Shown: piece by piece, positions 22,437 to 32,019 of the stretch
How positions within the stretch are numbered: the first letter of the stretch is position 1
How the letters are laid out: the number at the start of each line of letters is the position of its first letter
Notes under the pieces: model-generated
What the model was told of the DNA's origin: nothing
Database searches by the model: none
Seen by the model: only the letters and a program-made list of their open reading frames with translations
Program-made: the position numbers and the translations under genes
Assembly: GCA_965221955.1 (NCBI GenBank)
Contig: CBDCTA010000029.1
Location: 544,001-608,000, forward strand
Source of the DNA: Gammaproteobacteria bacterium
GTDB taxonomy: Bacteria; Pseudomonadota; Gammaproteobacteria; UBA4575
DNA length: 64,000 bases
Direction of reading: 5' to 3'

Positions 22437-22441
22437 AGGAG

Positions 22442-22819
22442 ATGATCATGAGTGCACAAGTTCAAAGGCTGCCTGCTGAAGGCGAAGTGTTGAGTAAAGC
22501 CTTATTGAATAGCAAAGAACACTTGGGTTTAACCAACACAGAGCTAGGTGAAATCATCGGTAAAGACCGAACTTATTTTACGCGTTTGCGTAATCACAAC
22601 GTGCTTGAGCCTGATAGTAAAGAAGGTGAATTGGCATTGCATGTGATTCGTATTTATCGATCTTTATACGCACTAGAAGGTGGTGACCTCGAAGCGATGG
22701 AAGAGTGGTTGAATACAGCGAATAAACATTTAAACGCTATACCTAAGGAGTTGCTTAAAAATGTGCAAGGGCTTATACAAGTTACGGAATACTTAGACGC
22801 TATGCGCGGCAAAGTGTAG
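22442..22819 (+). CDS. Xre/MbcA/ParS-family antitoxin
   Basis: N-terminal HTH (LGLTNTELGEIIG) and C-terminal RSLYAL.GGD..WL..NKHL..P...GLIQVTEYLDAMRG; lies upstream of a RES gene. Confidence 0.88.
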   Translation: MIMSAQVQRLPAEGEVLSKALLNSKEHLGLTNTELGEIIGKDRTYFTRLRNHNVLEPDSKEGELALHVIRIYRSLYALEGGDLEAMEEWLNTANKHLNAIPKELLKNVQGLIQVTEYLDAMRGKV

Positions 22820-22823
22820 CACT

Positions 22824-22950
22824 GAAGTTCTGATTTATCTTGCTATGTTGTTAAAAGCTCTCTCGCAATGCTCATGTATAAGTTTATACACTCCGCTTGC
22901 TCGAGATCTTTTGCCTAATAGCAGCCACTTCGTTAATAAATCAGAACTCC
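22824..22950 (+). repeat. ERIC-like element, copy R5 (127 bp), between antitoxin and toxin
   Basis: TIRs GAAGTTCTGATTTAT / ATAAATCAGAACTCC (14/15); core GCTCATGTATA..TATACACTCCGC..GCCT. Confidence 0.85.
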
Positions 22951-22963
22951 CTTAAGCTTCATA

Positions 22964-23707
22964 ATGAGGCTAATTGTTAAAGAAGAGCATATTCAGCAGC
23001 TGCATGCAGAGGTGTTTCGAGTTGCTGAATCGCAGCAGAAGGTTGCAACCAATACTTTGGTAGATACGCTAGAAGAGCAACGGTTATTAGAAGAGATGCT
23101 GGATCGAGTAAAACCTCGAATTCCACAAGAGTGTGATCAATATGATTATCTAATCTACACACCGTTTCGTTATCCGCCGCTTAAACATGGTTCGCGCTTT
23201 GGAAAAAAACATCATTCGAGTATTTTTTATGGTTCTAAAAATATAGAAGCTGCTTTTGCAGAGTTGGCCTATTACCGATTTGTATATTATGACGGCATGA
23301 TGACCTCACCAAAAAAGAAGCAGAAAGTGACTCAGCACACATCTTTTAGGATTGATCTGCAAACTGAAAAGGGTGTGGTATTGAATGAGCAGCCATTCAA
23401 AAAATATAAAAATAAGATTAGTGATCCAACAAGTTATAGTGTGGCGCAGAAATTGGGTGAGGAGATGCGTGAAAAAGAGATCCAGGCATTTAGTTATTTT
23501 TCTGCAAGAGCAGAGAATCAAATCAATATAGGTATTTTTAGTTGTGAAGCCATCACCTGTAAAATACCTCAAGCATTAAGCCATTGGAGCTGTATTACCC
23601 GTGAGAAAAGTGTGACGATTCGCAGTCTGGATAGTCGTTGGAGTAGTATAAGCTTTGAGCTTAAGCAATTTTTAGTTGATGGAACATTACCATCTCCTGC
23701 GATATAG
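22964..23707 (+). CDS. RES-domain toxin (MbcT/ParT-like NAD+-consuming enzyme)
   Basis: FRVAESQ, TPFRYPPLKHGSRFG, FYGS, AELAYYR and YFSAR supply the R-E-S residues. Confidence 0.88.
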   Translation: MRLIVKEEHIQQLHAEVFRVAESQQKVATNTLVDTLEEQRLLEEMLDRVKPRIPQECDQYDYLIYTPFRYPPLKHGSRFGKKHHSSIFYGSKNIEAAFAELAYYRFVYYDGMMTSPKKKQKVTQHTSFRIDLQTEKGVVLNEQPFKKYKNKISDPTSYSVAQKLGEEMREKEIQAFSYFSARAENQINIGIFSCEAITCKIPQALSHWSCITREKSVTIRSLDSRWSSISFELKQFLVDGTLPSPAI

Positions 23708-23727
23708 GTTTCTTAAAAGGCTGGAAA

Positions 23728-23991
23728 ATGATTAAAAAAATAATGCTATCAGTGCTGGTTTTGCTCAGCACAATAATGACTTTGCATGCTGAAGATAATT
23801 ACTGTTATCAAGAACCAGATAAATGTACTGGAGGCGATATTTTAATTTTGAGTCTTTCTGAAGACGTGGCGAAATATTGTGATTTTGATAAACAGATAGT
23901 GTCGGTTGAAAGACGAACCTCCAGTAGTTCATTTAATAATGAAGATGTAGTGTGTGTAAAAATCACTACGCCCAGAAAAAAGTTGAAATAG
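23728..23991 (+). CDS. Small secreted Cys-containing hypothetical protein
   Basis: Signal peptide (..TLHA-ED), four Cys and a YCDFDKQIV motif. Confidence 0.6.
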   Translation: MIKKIMLSVLVLLSTIMTLHAEDNYCYQEPDKCTGGDILILSLSEDVAKYCDFDKQIVSVERRTSSSSFNNEDVVCVKITTPRKKLK

Positions 23992-24020
23992 AAAAGAGTT
24001 AAAGCAGTAAAAATATGAAG

Positions 24021-26122
24021 TTAAGCTTGTATAGCAATTTTACGTTGCAAGGTGTTTAGCTGGCCTTTGAGTTCAGTAAGTTTTTGTTTAGAAATTACCA
24101 ACATTTGGATCATAGAGAAGTGTATTTAGCATTTGTATTGTTGGTGTATATTCAGCTCTAGATACCATTGCTTTGCGTGATGATTTTTTCAATAAACTGA
24201 GTAGGCGTTTCTTGCAGATTTCTTTGAAAGCCTTTTTTGTTCAGCTTTGAAACAAAGCTCAGGAATACTTTTATTACTGGATGTGTTGGTTTTCGATGGT
24301 TTGATAAAAATAATGATAGGGCGACAAAAGTCGCGCTTAATAAAGCACCTAGCAATAATACAAAAGCAATTTTTATAGTGGATATTTTTCCGAATAGTTT
24401 TTGTAAAAAATCTGTCTGGCGTTCTGAGTTATAACCAAGGATAAATAAATTCCAGCGATGCTCTAAAGATTCAAATAGAAACATCATTTTTTGCAATCCT
24501 GGTACGCCATTGAGTCGCACATTAGTGAATGCAGATAGTGAGTCAAGATCATTTTCAGGTAAGGCGGCGCTCAAGCTGTCATGAATTCTTGAGGGTGCGA
24601 CCGCTGCGGTAGGGTCAACGCGCTGCCAGCCCTTATTTTTTTGCCAATATTCTACCCAAGCGTGCGCTAAATATTGTCGAACGACAACATGACCGGTAAG
24701 CGGGTTGACTTCGCCACCTTGATAGCCACCGACCATGCGTGCTGGAATCTTTGCTGCACGCAGCATATACACAAGCGCACCCGCGTAATGAGAGCAGAAA
24801 CCTTGGCGTGTATCAAACCAAAATTGATCAATACTATTTTGCTTTTCTAAAGTCGGTGGCTCAAGTGTGTAGTGATAAGGTTGGTTTCGAATATGATCGA
24901 GTACTTTGCTAACAAAATCTTCTATGTCTAAAGATTGTGCATATAAATCTTGAGCAAAAGCAATGGTACGTGGGTTGTCATTTTTATCTATTTGTGTTGC
25001 TTGAATTCTTAAAAATTCTGGTAACCAAGTGTTTAGTGTTGCGTTAGGGTAAGAGTCGACTTCGTACTGTAAAAGCGATTGTACAGTTTGTTGATGGGTG
25101 AGTTTGTAATTCCACATTAAGCCAGTGGACCGTGTTCTAGGAATGGCCAGGTCAATGCCAATAAGTGTTCGATCATAAGTGGGTTCTAATAAAATACTAT
25201 ATGAAATTTTTTCACTGTTATTTTTGCTTAACTCATTCGGTACAAACCAAGCTTGATTGAGATTGTGTGCCCAGCTTGTTTTCGGAATATTGTTGAACTT
25301 GCTGGGGATGGTAGCTTCGGACCATCTTCCGTCTTCAAAATTAGCAAATACTCTGCCACGCCAGTAGAGCTCACTTGTGGGGGGTACTGCATCTTTAAAA
25401 ATGGCGCGAAAAGCAATTTCATCTGAACGTGCTAGTTTTGAAATATCTCCAGGTGTAATTTCTGAACCTAGGCCAGTGCGAGCCTGTAGATTAGGACTGG
25501 AGATGGCCCACATTGGGCCAATGCGTGGGAATAACACAAATAAAACCACCATTAATGGAACCGCTTGCAGCAATATTTTGCTGGCCACTTTTAGAGACTC
25601 TACTGGTTTTACGCGCGTGTGGAATTGATTCATGCCCACCATTGCAGCTGTCACTAGAATTAATGCACAAAATTCATAAGCAACGATTCCCATGCTTTGT
25701 TTGAAGATGAATTGGATGGCGATTACGAAATAGGCAATGAATATGACGACATAAGCGTCGCGTTGAGTTTTCATTTCTAGCAACTTGAGTGCAAACGCCA
25801 TAACCAATAACGCGGCCCAGGTTTCGAGGTTTTGTGTAATACCTTCCGAAATAACAATTCCTGCTGCACTCGCTAATACTAAAGCTGCTTTGTGCCAAAA
25901 GGATAAAAAATTTCTGCGTCCTAAAAAAATCATCCAGCGCCAGGCCACACAAAATAAACTGGCGACGATAATCCAAATAGACACTTGTGAAACGTGAGGC
26001 ACCACTACAATTACAAATGCGCCCATTAAAATGATTAAACTATTACGTGGTATTTGTGCGACCACGCCATGTTGCCACTGGTTTTTTTGTTGCTTAATTA
26101 TGGAGGTCATGAGGAAGTCCAT
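24021..26122 (-). CDS. Membrane transglutaminase TgpA-like (DUF3488 plus transglutaminase); the C-terminus appears frameshifted twice
   Basis: GFCSHYA (catalytic Cys), GYQGGE, AHAWVEYW and WQRVDPT; the ORF track ends it at 24158, but two 1-nt deletions extend it to a TAA at 24021. Confidence 0.88.
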
Positions 26123-27095
26123 ATAAAGCCAGCTCTTTTAACACTTGGTCTAAATGTACTTTGCCGGTGTTAGGCGGAATTTCTACCTGCGGGAGTTTGA
26201 GCCCAAATTCTTTGTCGTGGTTATATGCATTCAGTGCCATTCCAGTGAGCAGGCTCAAGCGTAATTCTGTGTCACCTTCGAGTTGATACCAATCTAAAAC
26301 CAGAAAGGAGTCAGCATACGCTGCAAATTGTTTAACCAACAATTCATCTTGGCGAGCATAACTTCGCCAAAGGATATGGCGTGGAGAATCTCCAGGGTGG
26401 TAGTTACGCATATCATGAAAATCATCACTGCCACTTCGATGGCTTAGGTGTCCTTCATCATCATCGCCAGTATTTTCAAATTGATGTTCATGAAAAAGCG
26501 GTTTTGGGTAAACGATGGCATTCGCATTTAAATCAATCCATGTCCAGGCGCGTAGTAAACCCAATGGATAATAAGTTTCTACCAACAGTCTTTTCGGGTT
26601 AAGCCATCCTCTTTGTTTGGCTTTTACGAAACAATGTGTAGTTGTGGAGGTGTTATCATATAACTCAACCCATTGTTTTACCTGATTTATCCAACCGATT
26701 TGAATGCCTTCACGTTTAGATTTTTCAGGTCGAATGACCTTGATAGAGAATTCAATGTCTTCATTTACAAACCCTGTACCAGTATTTTGTAATTCAAGCG
26801 TTATATTGGCTAGGTTCTTATAAGTATAGAAAATAGTAACGAAAAAAACGCTTGCTAACCAAAACGTGAGGCCGAAAACTAAGGAGTTTTCATAATTGAT
26901 AGCCGCTAATAGTAAGGCTAGTAATAAAATTGAAAATATGAACCCAACTCGTGTTGGGAAAATAAAAATAGATTTTTGATTGAGTGTGATACTTTTTTGC
27001 GGGGGAATTCGTCGGTTTAACCAATATTTAAATTGGTTTTTGAAAGGCCGTAGCGCCCAAATAGAACTATTGTTAGAGCTACTAAGTGAGGACAT
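26094..27095 (-). CDS. DUF58 family protein
   Basis: AAINYENSL, YPLGLLRAW and DFHDMRNYHPGDSPRHILW motifs; MoxR-DUF58-transglutaminase operon. Confidence 0.9.
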   Translation of the reverse strand: MSSLSSSNNSSIWALRPFKNQFKYWLNRRIPPQKSITLNQKSIFIFPTRVGFIFSILLLALLLAAINYENSLVFGLTFWLASVFFVTIFYTYKNLANITLELQNTGTGFVNEDIEFSIKVIRPEKSKREGIQIGWINQVKQWVELYDNTSTTTHCFVKAKQRGWLNPKRLLVETYYPLGLLRAWTWIDLNANAIVYPKPLFHEHQFENTGDDDEGHLSHRSGSDDFHDMRNYHPGDSPRHILWRSYARQDELLVKQFAAYADSFLVLDWYQLEGDTELRLSLLTGMALNAYNHDKEFGLKLPQVEIPPNTGKVHLDQVLKELALYGLPHDLHN

Positions 27096-28053
27096 CTACA
27101 CCGGCAAGTAGTTTTTGGGCTAAAGAGATTCCGCCATGGCCGGTAAAATCAGCACTACCTCTTAAACGATGCTCGACAACACTAGGTAACACTTGTTGTA
27201 CATCTTCTGGAACGACATGAGTGCGCCGATGAATTAATGCCCAAGCTTTTGCTGCTCGCAATAATGACAGTGCGCCACGTGGGGATAAACCAAAAGCAAA
27301 TTCATTTTGTTTGCGTGAGTAATCCACTAATCGTTGAACGTAATCTAATAAAGTGTCTGCCACTTTTATTTGTTCGACTTCTGCTTGGATGGCGATGAGC
27401 TTTTCTGTACTCATCACAGCATGGAGTTTTTCTAATTGTTTGCGTCGGTCTCCTTCTGTTAACAACTTACGTTCCGCTTCTTGATCTGGATAACCTAGCT
27501 CGATACGCATTAAAAACCGATCCATTTGGGATTCGGGTAAAGGGTAGGTGCCTGTTTGAGTGGCAGGATTTTGTGTGGCAATCACAAAGAAAGGTTGAGG
27601 GAGTTGATGGGTCTCACCATCTACTGTAATGGTTTGTTCTTCCATGACCTCTAATAATGCGCTTTGACTTTTTGGTGTTGCACGATTAATTTCATCTGCA
27701 AGTAGCACTTGAGAAAATACGGGTCCGGGCATGAACCGAAAAGTGGAAGTGTTTTTATCAAAAATAGAAACGCCAATAACATCACTAGGTAATAAGTCAC
27801 TGGTAAACTGAATACGATTAAACTCGAGTCCTAGAATCTGTGCCAGAGTATGGGACAACAATGTTTTACCCATCCCAGGTAAGTCTTCGATGAGCAAATG
27901 TCCTCTTGCGAATAGGCATGCTAATGCCAAACGTATTTGAGTATCTTTTCCCAACAAAACTTTTGATACTCCCTCAATAACCGTATCGATAGTATCGGTT
28001 TGGGAGGTATTGACTTGTGAAAGCTTAGCAGTGTTGGATGTCGGTACCATCAT
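27082..28053 (-). CDS. MoxR-family AAA+ ATPase
   Basis: EDLPGMGKT, RIQFTSDLLPSD, LADEINRA, ATQNP and YPLPESQMDRF motifs. Confidence 0.95.
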   Translation of the reverse strand: MMVPTSNTAKLSQVNTSQTDTIDTVIEGVSKVLLGKDTQIRLALACLFARGHLLIEDLPGMGKTLLSHTLAQILGLEFNRIQFTSDLLPSDVIGVSIFDKNTSTFRFMPGPVFSQVLLADEINRATPKSQSALLEVMEEQTITVDGETHQLPQPFFVIATQNPATQTGTYPLPESQMDRFLMRIELGYPDQEAERKLLTEGDRRKQLEKLHAVMSTEKLIAIQAEVEQIKVADTLLDYVQRLVDYSRKQNEFAFGLSPRGALSLLRAAKAWALIHRRTHVVPEDVQQVLPSVVEHRLRGSADFTGHGGISLAQKLLAGVDVLT

Positions 28054-28146
28054 TATTATGTCCTTAGCCGATAACCATAGCTTTAAATGTGCAGTTGGAC
28101 TAGGTCATTGGTCAGCTATACCTAGTCGATAGCTGCACTAAAAGGG

Positions 28147-28575
28147 TCATTTCCAACCTACGGGTTCGTAACCTTTGTCGATAAGACAGCGTTCAACGAT
28201 TTCTTTATACGCAGGGCTAGGGCCTTTGTTGCGTCGCATGCCTGAGAAGAATCGGTTCATACCACGGCTAATAGCTCCAACTGCGGCAGCAGTTCCAGCG
28301 TTTCCAGTTACTGCACCTGTAGCAGCACCTGTAGCGGCACCTTCAGTCGCACTGCCTGCAGTCTCTTTCGCGGTTTCAGTCGCACTGCTTGAAGAAGCAC
28401 CGCTATCTTTAGCCAGTTGTGTGCATTCGTTAATATCTTTACGTACCTGTTCATCACCCACTTCTTTCGCATGTTCGTTAGGGTATAAAACTGGTTGTGG
28501 TGTTGCGCAGGCAAAAAGTAGGCTTGATGCTGCTAATACAAAATATTTGACCGCATTCATTAATGATTCATCCAC
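28147..28575 (-). CDS. Glycine-zipper lipoprotein
   Basis: Lipobox LFAC; GAATGAATGAV glycine zipper; C-terminal CLIDKGYEPVGW; the start may be a few codons later. Confidence 0.75.
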   Translation of the reverse strand: MDESLMNAVKYFVLAASSLLFACATPQPVLYPNEHAKEVGDEQVRKDINECTQLAKDSGASSSSATETAKETAGSATEGAATGAATGAVTGNAGTAAAVGAISRGMNRFFSGMRRNKGPSPAYKEIVERCLIDKGYEPVGWK

Positions 28576-28649
28576 TAAAGTAATTGGAATAGTGTTGAGT
28601 TAAATATAGACAAGTCTTCTGAGCAATAGTTACAAATATAAAGAGTTAT

Positions 28650-29528
28650 TTAAGGAATTTTAGACTCTAAATCCTCTACATTCACTTTAGGATGTGCTTG
28701 TTTGAACTTTTGTAATTGGCGAGCCGCTTCTGCATAGTCTTTGCGTGCCACCAACTTCTCGATCATCAGCAGCCAGTCTTCAACTGGAATCGGCGCAAAT
28801 TCTGATTCTCTTTCTTGTTTGGATTTTGTAGTTAACACACCATTGCTTAATCTTCCACTTTCTGAAGCCATATCTTCAGTTGTATCGGCATTTTTTTCTG
28901 AACGCGGTTTTTCACTTTGTGTCGATCTTTGTCTCATTAAACTTTCTGTTGCTTTATCTTGGAGATTCTCCATATCTCCTACAGGTTTTTCTAAACCTGG
29001 TTCTGACTCTAACAAGTCGCGTGAAATGGTTTGAGTTGGTTGTGTCTTTTTCTTTGCGGCAGGTTCAGCTTCACGCTCTTTGGAGGAAAGAGCGCCTTTC
29101 GAGACACTTTCATCAATGGGTACCTCATTTGAAGCATCAAAGTCTAATTTTTTATTAAATGAAGAAATATCGTCAACTGTTATTTCTTCCGCTTGATTTA
29201 AAATTCTATTTTCATCTTTGCCAGATTTACTTTGTTGTGAATCACTAGGTGCGGAGATATCTGGGATAGGGGGTAGTTTTAGTTGTTTTGGATTTTGATC
29301 TAATTGCACAATTAAACCAAACACAACGACAACACTGGCTGCAAGTGATAGAGGCACTTTCCAGCCGCCACCAAAATGGCTGCTTACGCCGCTAGATTTT
29401 TCTGCTTTAGCAGCATGATTAATAATTTCATAATTTAGCTTGGCCGAAGCCGTTTCCTTGGCACCTTCTTTATACAGCCGAGCTAAGACTTGATCATCAT
29501 TAGCATCGTTTTGTGAATGGTTTGTCAT
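28650..29528 (-). CDS. Putative anti-sigma factor
   Basis: Starts 3 bp after the ECF sigma gene; single TM (WKVPLSLAASVVV), low-complexity linker and a C-terminal WLxxIxxL...FKQAHP helix pair. Confidence 0.7.
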   Translation of the reverse strand: MTNHSQNDANDDQVLARLYKEGAKETASAKLNYEIINHAAKAEKSSGVSSHFGGGWKVPLSLAASVVVVFGLIVQLDQNPKQLKLPPIPDISAPSDSQQSKSGKDENRILNQAEEITVDDISSFNKKLDFDASNEVPIDESVSKGALSSKEREAEPAAKKKTQPTQTISRDLLESEPGLEKPVGDMENLQDKATESLMRQRSTQSEKPRSEKNADTTEDMASESGRLSNGVLTTKSKQERESEFAPIPVEDWLLMIEKLVARKDYAEAARQLQKFKQAHPKVNVEDLESKIP

Positions 29529-29531
29529 GTC

Positions 29532-30107
29532 TTAATCTAATATGGCGGCTTTAAGTTTATTCTTTGCATAACGTAAACGACTTTTTGCAGTTTCTGTTTT
29601 TACTTGAGTAATCTCTGCAATTTCTTGCACAGTCATTTCTTGTTCAAAATGTAAAATGGCGGCTTCTTTTTGATCAGCAGGTAATGCCTCTAAGGCTTGC
29701 ATGAAGAGTTTGCTTTTTTGTTTCAAAGTAAACTCATCTTCGGGTAAAGCTAAAGGCGTAGATATAGTAGTAAATTCCTCAGTTATCTCTGCATCTTCAA
29801 ATTCAACACTTTGAGAAGGCTTTGCTTTGCGATAAAAATCCACCAAAGTATTGTGTGCGATGGTAAATAGATAAGTCTTAAATTTTGCTTTGGGCTTGTA
29901 ACGTGCCGCACTCTTGATCAATTTAATCCACACCTCCTGGTAGAGTTCTTCTGATTGCTGTGTATCGCTGCAATGTTTAACGAAGTAGCGGTACAACACA
30001 TCTTTATGCCTTCTATACAATATTTCAAAGGCAGACTGTTCGCCTTGCTGATACTGCAACATCAGGTTTTCATCACTTATTGTATCTGTCTGTTGCATCT
30101 GCTCCAT
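29532..30107 (-). CDS. ECF RNA polymerase sigma factor
   Basis: SDENLM..AFEILYRRH, EELYQEVW, FKTYLFTIAHN and ETAKSRLRYA motifs. Confidence 0.92.
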   Translation of the reverse strand: MEQMQQTDTISDENLMLQYQQGEQSAFEILYRRHKDVLYRYFVKHCSDTQQSEELYQEVWIKLIKSAARYKPKAKFKTYLFTIAHNTLVDFYRKAKPSQSVEFEDAEITEEFTTISTPLALPEDEFTLKQKSKLFMQALEALPADQKEAAILHFEQEMTVQEIAEITQVKTETAKSRLRYAKNKLKAAILD

Positions 30108-30174
30108 GGCAGGCAGCCTAGCGATGCCAATCGTTTAGTGCAATAGGGTCTACAATAGTGTTCTCCTATATAGA

Positions 30175-30202
30175 TAAACGAATTAGATGAGGTAAAGGGT
30201 TA
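30175..30202 (-). promoter_or_regulatory. Putative ECF-dependent autoregulatory promoter
   Basis: The minus strand reads TAACCC-N16-CGTTTA (the AAC -35 and CGT -10 pattern of ECF promoters) about 70 bp upstream of the ECF gene. Confidence 0.5.
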
Positions 30203-30285
30203 GGTGCTATATAAATTGAATTCTAAAAATGAGCTATAAAAGAGTACATATACCGTTGATCGGCGAAGCTTGCTAGGATTCATTA

Positions 30286-31440
30286 ATGACAAAGTGCAAG
30301 GTATCTACACGTTTACGGCAAGTTAACGCATTTCATGTGATGAGCTTAATGGCTGAAGCTAAAAAGCTTGACGCGCAAGGGCGCCAAGTCATTCATATGG
30401 AGATGGGTGAACCCGATTTCTCTACTCCGCAGCCAATTATTGATGCAGGCATTCGAACTTTACAATCGGGTATTACGCAATACACACCTACATTAGGTTT
30501 ACCTGCATTACGTGAGGCGATAGCTGAGTTCTATTCAAAAGAATACCAAGTTGCGGTTGAAGCTGAGCAAATCATTATTACACCTGGCTCCGCTTCGGGA
30601 TTACAACTCGTGTTGAATTTAATGGTTTCTGAAGGAGATACAGTAGCTTTTGCAGATCCTGCTTATCCCAGCACACATAATTTAGTGCGTTTATTAGGTG
30701 GCAAAGTTTTACAGATCCCAGTGCACGAAGGCTCGATGTGGCAGCTTACTGCTGAAATACTTGAAGAAAATTGGAATGATTCCATTAATGCAGTGTTATT
30801 GGCGAGCCCTTCAAATCCTACTGGAACTATTCTTGATGATATGCAATTGCAAAAAATCGCAGATTTTTGCGAGTCTAAAGGCGTGTTTTTGTTAATGGAT
30901 GAAATTTATCACGGTTTAGTTTATGCACAGGCACCAAAAACAGCAGCAGGCTTAAACGATAATACTTTTGTGATTAATAGTTTTTCAAAGTTTTATGGTA
31001 TGACAGGTTGGCGAGTAGGTTGGATTGTTTCGCCCAAAGCGTATTTAGATGATGTAAATAAACTCGCACAGCATACTTTTTTGGCAGCACCTACATTAGG
31101 CCAACATGCAGCTCTGGCTGCATTTCAAGATGATGCGCAAAAAATTCTTATTCAGAGAAGAGATGAATTCAAGCTGCGGCGTGATTATCTGTATCAAGCA
31201 TTATTAGATTTGGGTTTTGAGATACCGGTTAAACCAGAAGGTGCATTTTATATTTATGCTGATTGCACAGCATTTACTCAAGACAGTTATGAATTTGCAA
31301 CTAAAGCGTTACAAGAAAAGTATGTTGCATTTACACCAGGTATAGATTTTGGAGAAGCTGGAGCAAAACAACATGTGCGTTTTGCCTATACTACTAATCT
31401 TGAAAACTTAAAAATAGGTATGCAGCGGCTTGCTGAGTGA
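30286..31440 (+). CDS. Class I/II PLP-dependent aminotransferase
   Basis: GEPDF, SPSNPTG, DEIYHGL and SFSKFYGMTGWRVGW motifs. Confidence 0.93.
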   Translation: MTKCKVSTRLRQVNAFHVMSLMAEAKKLDAQGRQVIHMEMGEPDFSTPQPIIDAGIRTLQSGITQYTPTLGLPALREAIAEFYSKEYQVAVEAEQIIITPGSASGLQLVLNLMVSEGDTVAFADPAYPSTHNLVRLLGGKVLQIPVHEGSMWQLTAEILEENWNDSINAVLLASPSNPTGTILDDMQLQKIADFCESKGVFLLMDEIYHGLVYAQAPKTAAGLNDNTFVINSFSKFYGMTGWRVGWIVSPKAYLDDVNKLAQHTFLAAPTLGQHAALAAFQDDAQKILIQRRDEFKLRRDYLYQALLDLGFEIPVKPEGAFYIYADCTAFTQDSYEFATKALQEKYVAFTPGIDFGEAGAKQHVRFAYTTNLENLKIGMQRLAE

Positions 31441-31611
31441 GCACAAGAATGTGCGAATATGAAGTCTATCAAGGATGATGCAACAGATTAAAGTTAGGTT
31501 GGCTAATTTTTCAGACATAACCGTTATTGGTTTTACGGAAATTTTGAAATCTCTAAACTTTAATCTGTAACAGCATTCATGTGGTTTAGTCACATTCGCA
31601 CATTTCTACGC

Positions 31612-31821
31612 TTACATCGCAAGTGATGAGTTGTGATACAAAGTAGAAGCTTTCTTGCAAAGAGTTTTGCGAACTTCTTCTTGATATTGGTCTTCAAAAC
31701 GTGGGATTTGTGAAGCAGCAGTCATGAGGTACCACAATCCATTGCGTTGCTTCATAAAATAAGAAACAAGCTTATTTGCTTCTCGTTTTGCTCTGGCGAG
31801 CATGAGTTCGTCCTGCATCAT
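31612..31821 (-). CDS. Small hypothetical protein
   Basis: 69 aa ORF preceded by a strong AAGGAGG RBS. Confidence 0.5.
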   Translation of the reverse strand: MMQDELMLARAKREANKLVSYFMKQRNGLWYLMTAASQIPRFEDQYQEEVRKTLCKKASTLYHNSSLAM

Positions 31822-32019
31822 TCGCCTCCTTATTTGAGGAATGACTACTACACCATTGTGTGCCTAATAATTAATGTATGAAGACAACACATTGATTAGT
31901 GGTGCTAAATCCCTTAATCAAAGGCACAATAACAGTCATCTAACTATTACTAATTAGAGTGGAAAAAATAAAATTGGTTCCGCTTAATACGGTTGAGGAC
32001 AATGTAGATATAGGAAAAC

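Noticed and set aside
28310-28345. GCACCTGTAGCA-type tandem repeats
   Set aside because: They encode the GAAT glycine-zipper repeats and are not an independent DNA repeat.
28175-28603. 142 aa plus-strand ORF
   Set aside because: It is the antisense mirror of the Ala/Gly/Thr-rich lipoprotein gene, which has a lipobox.
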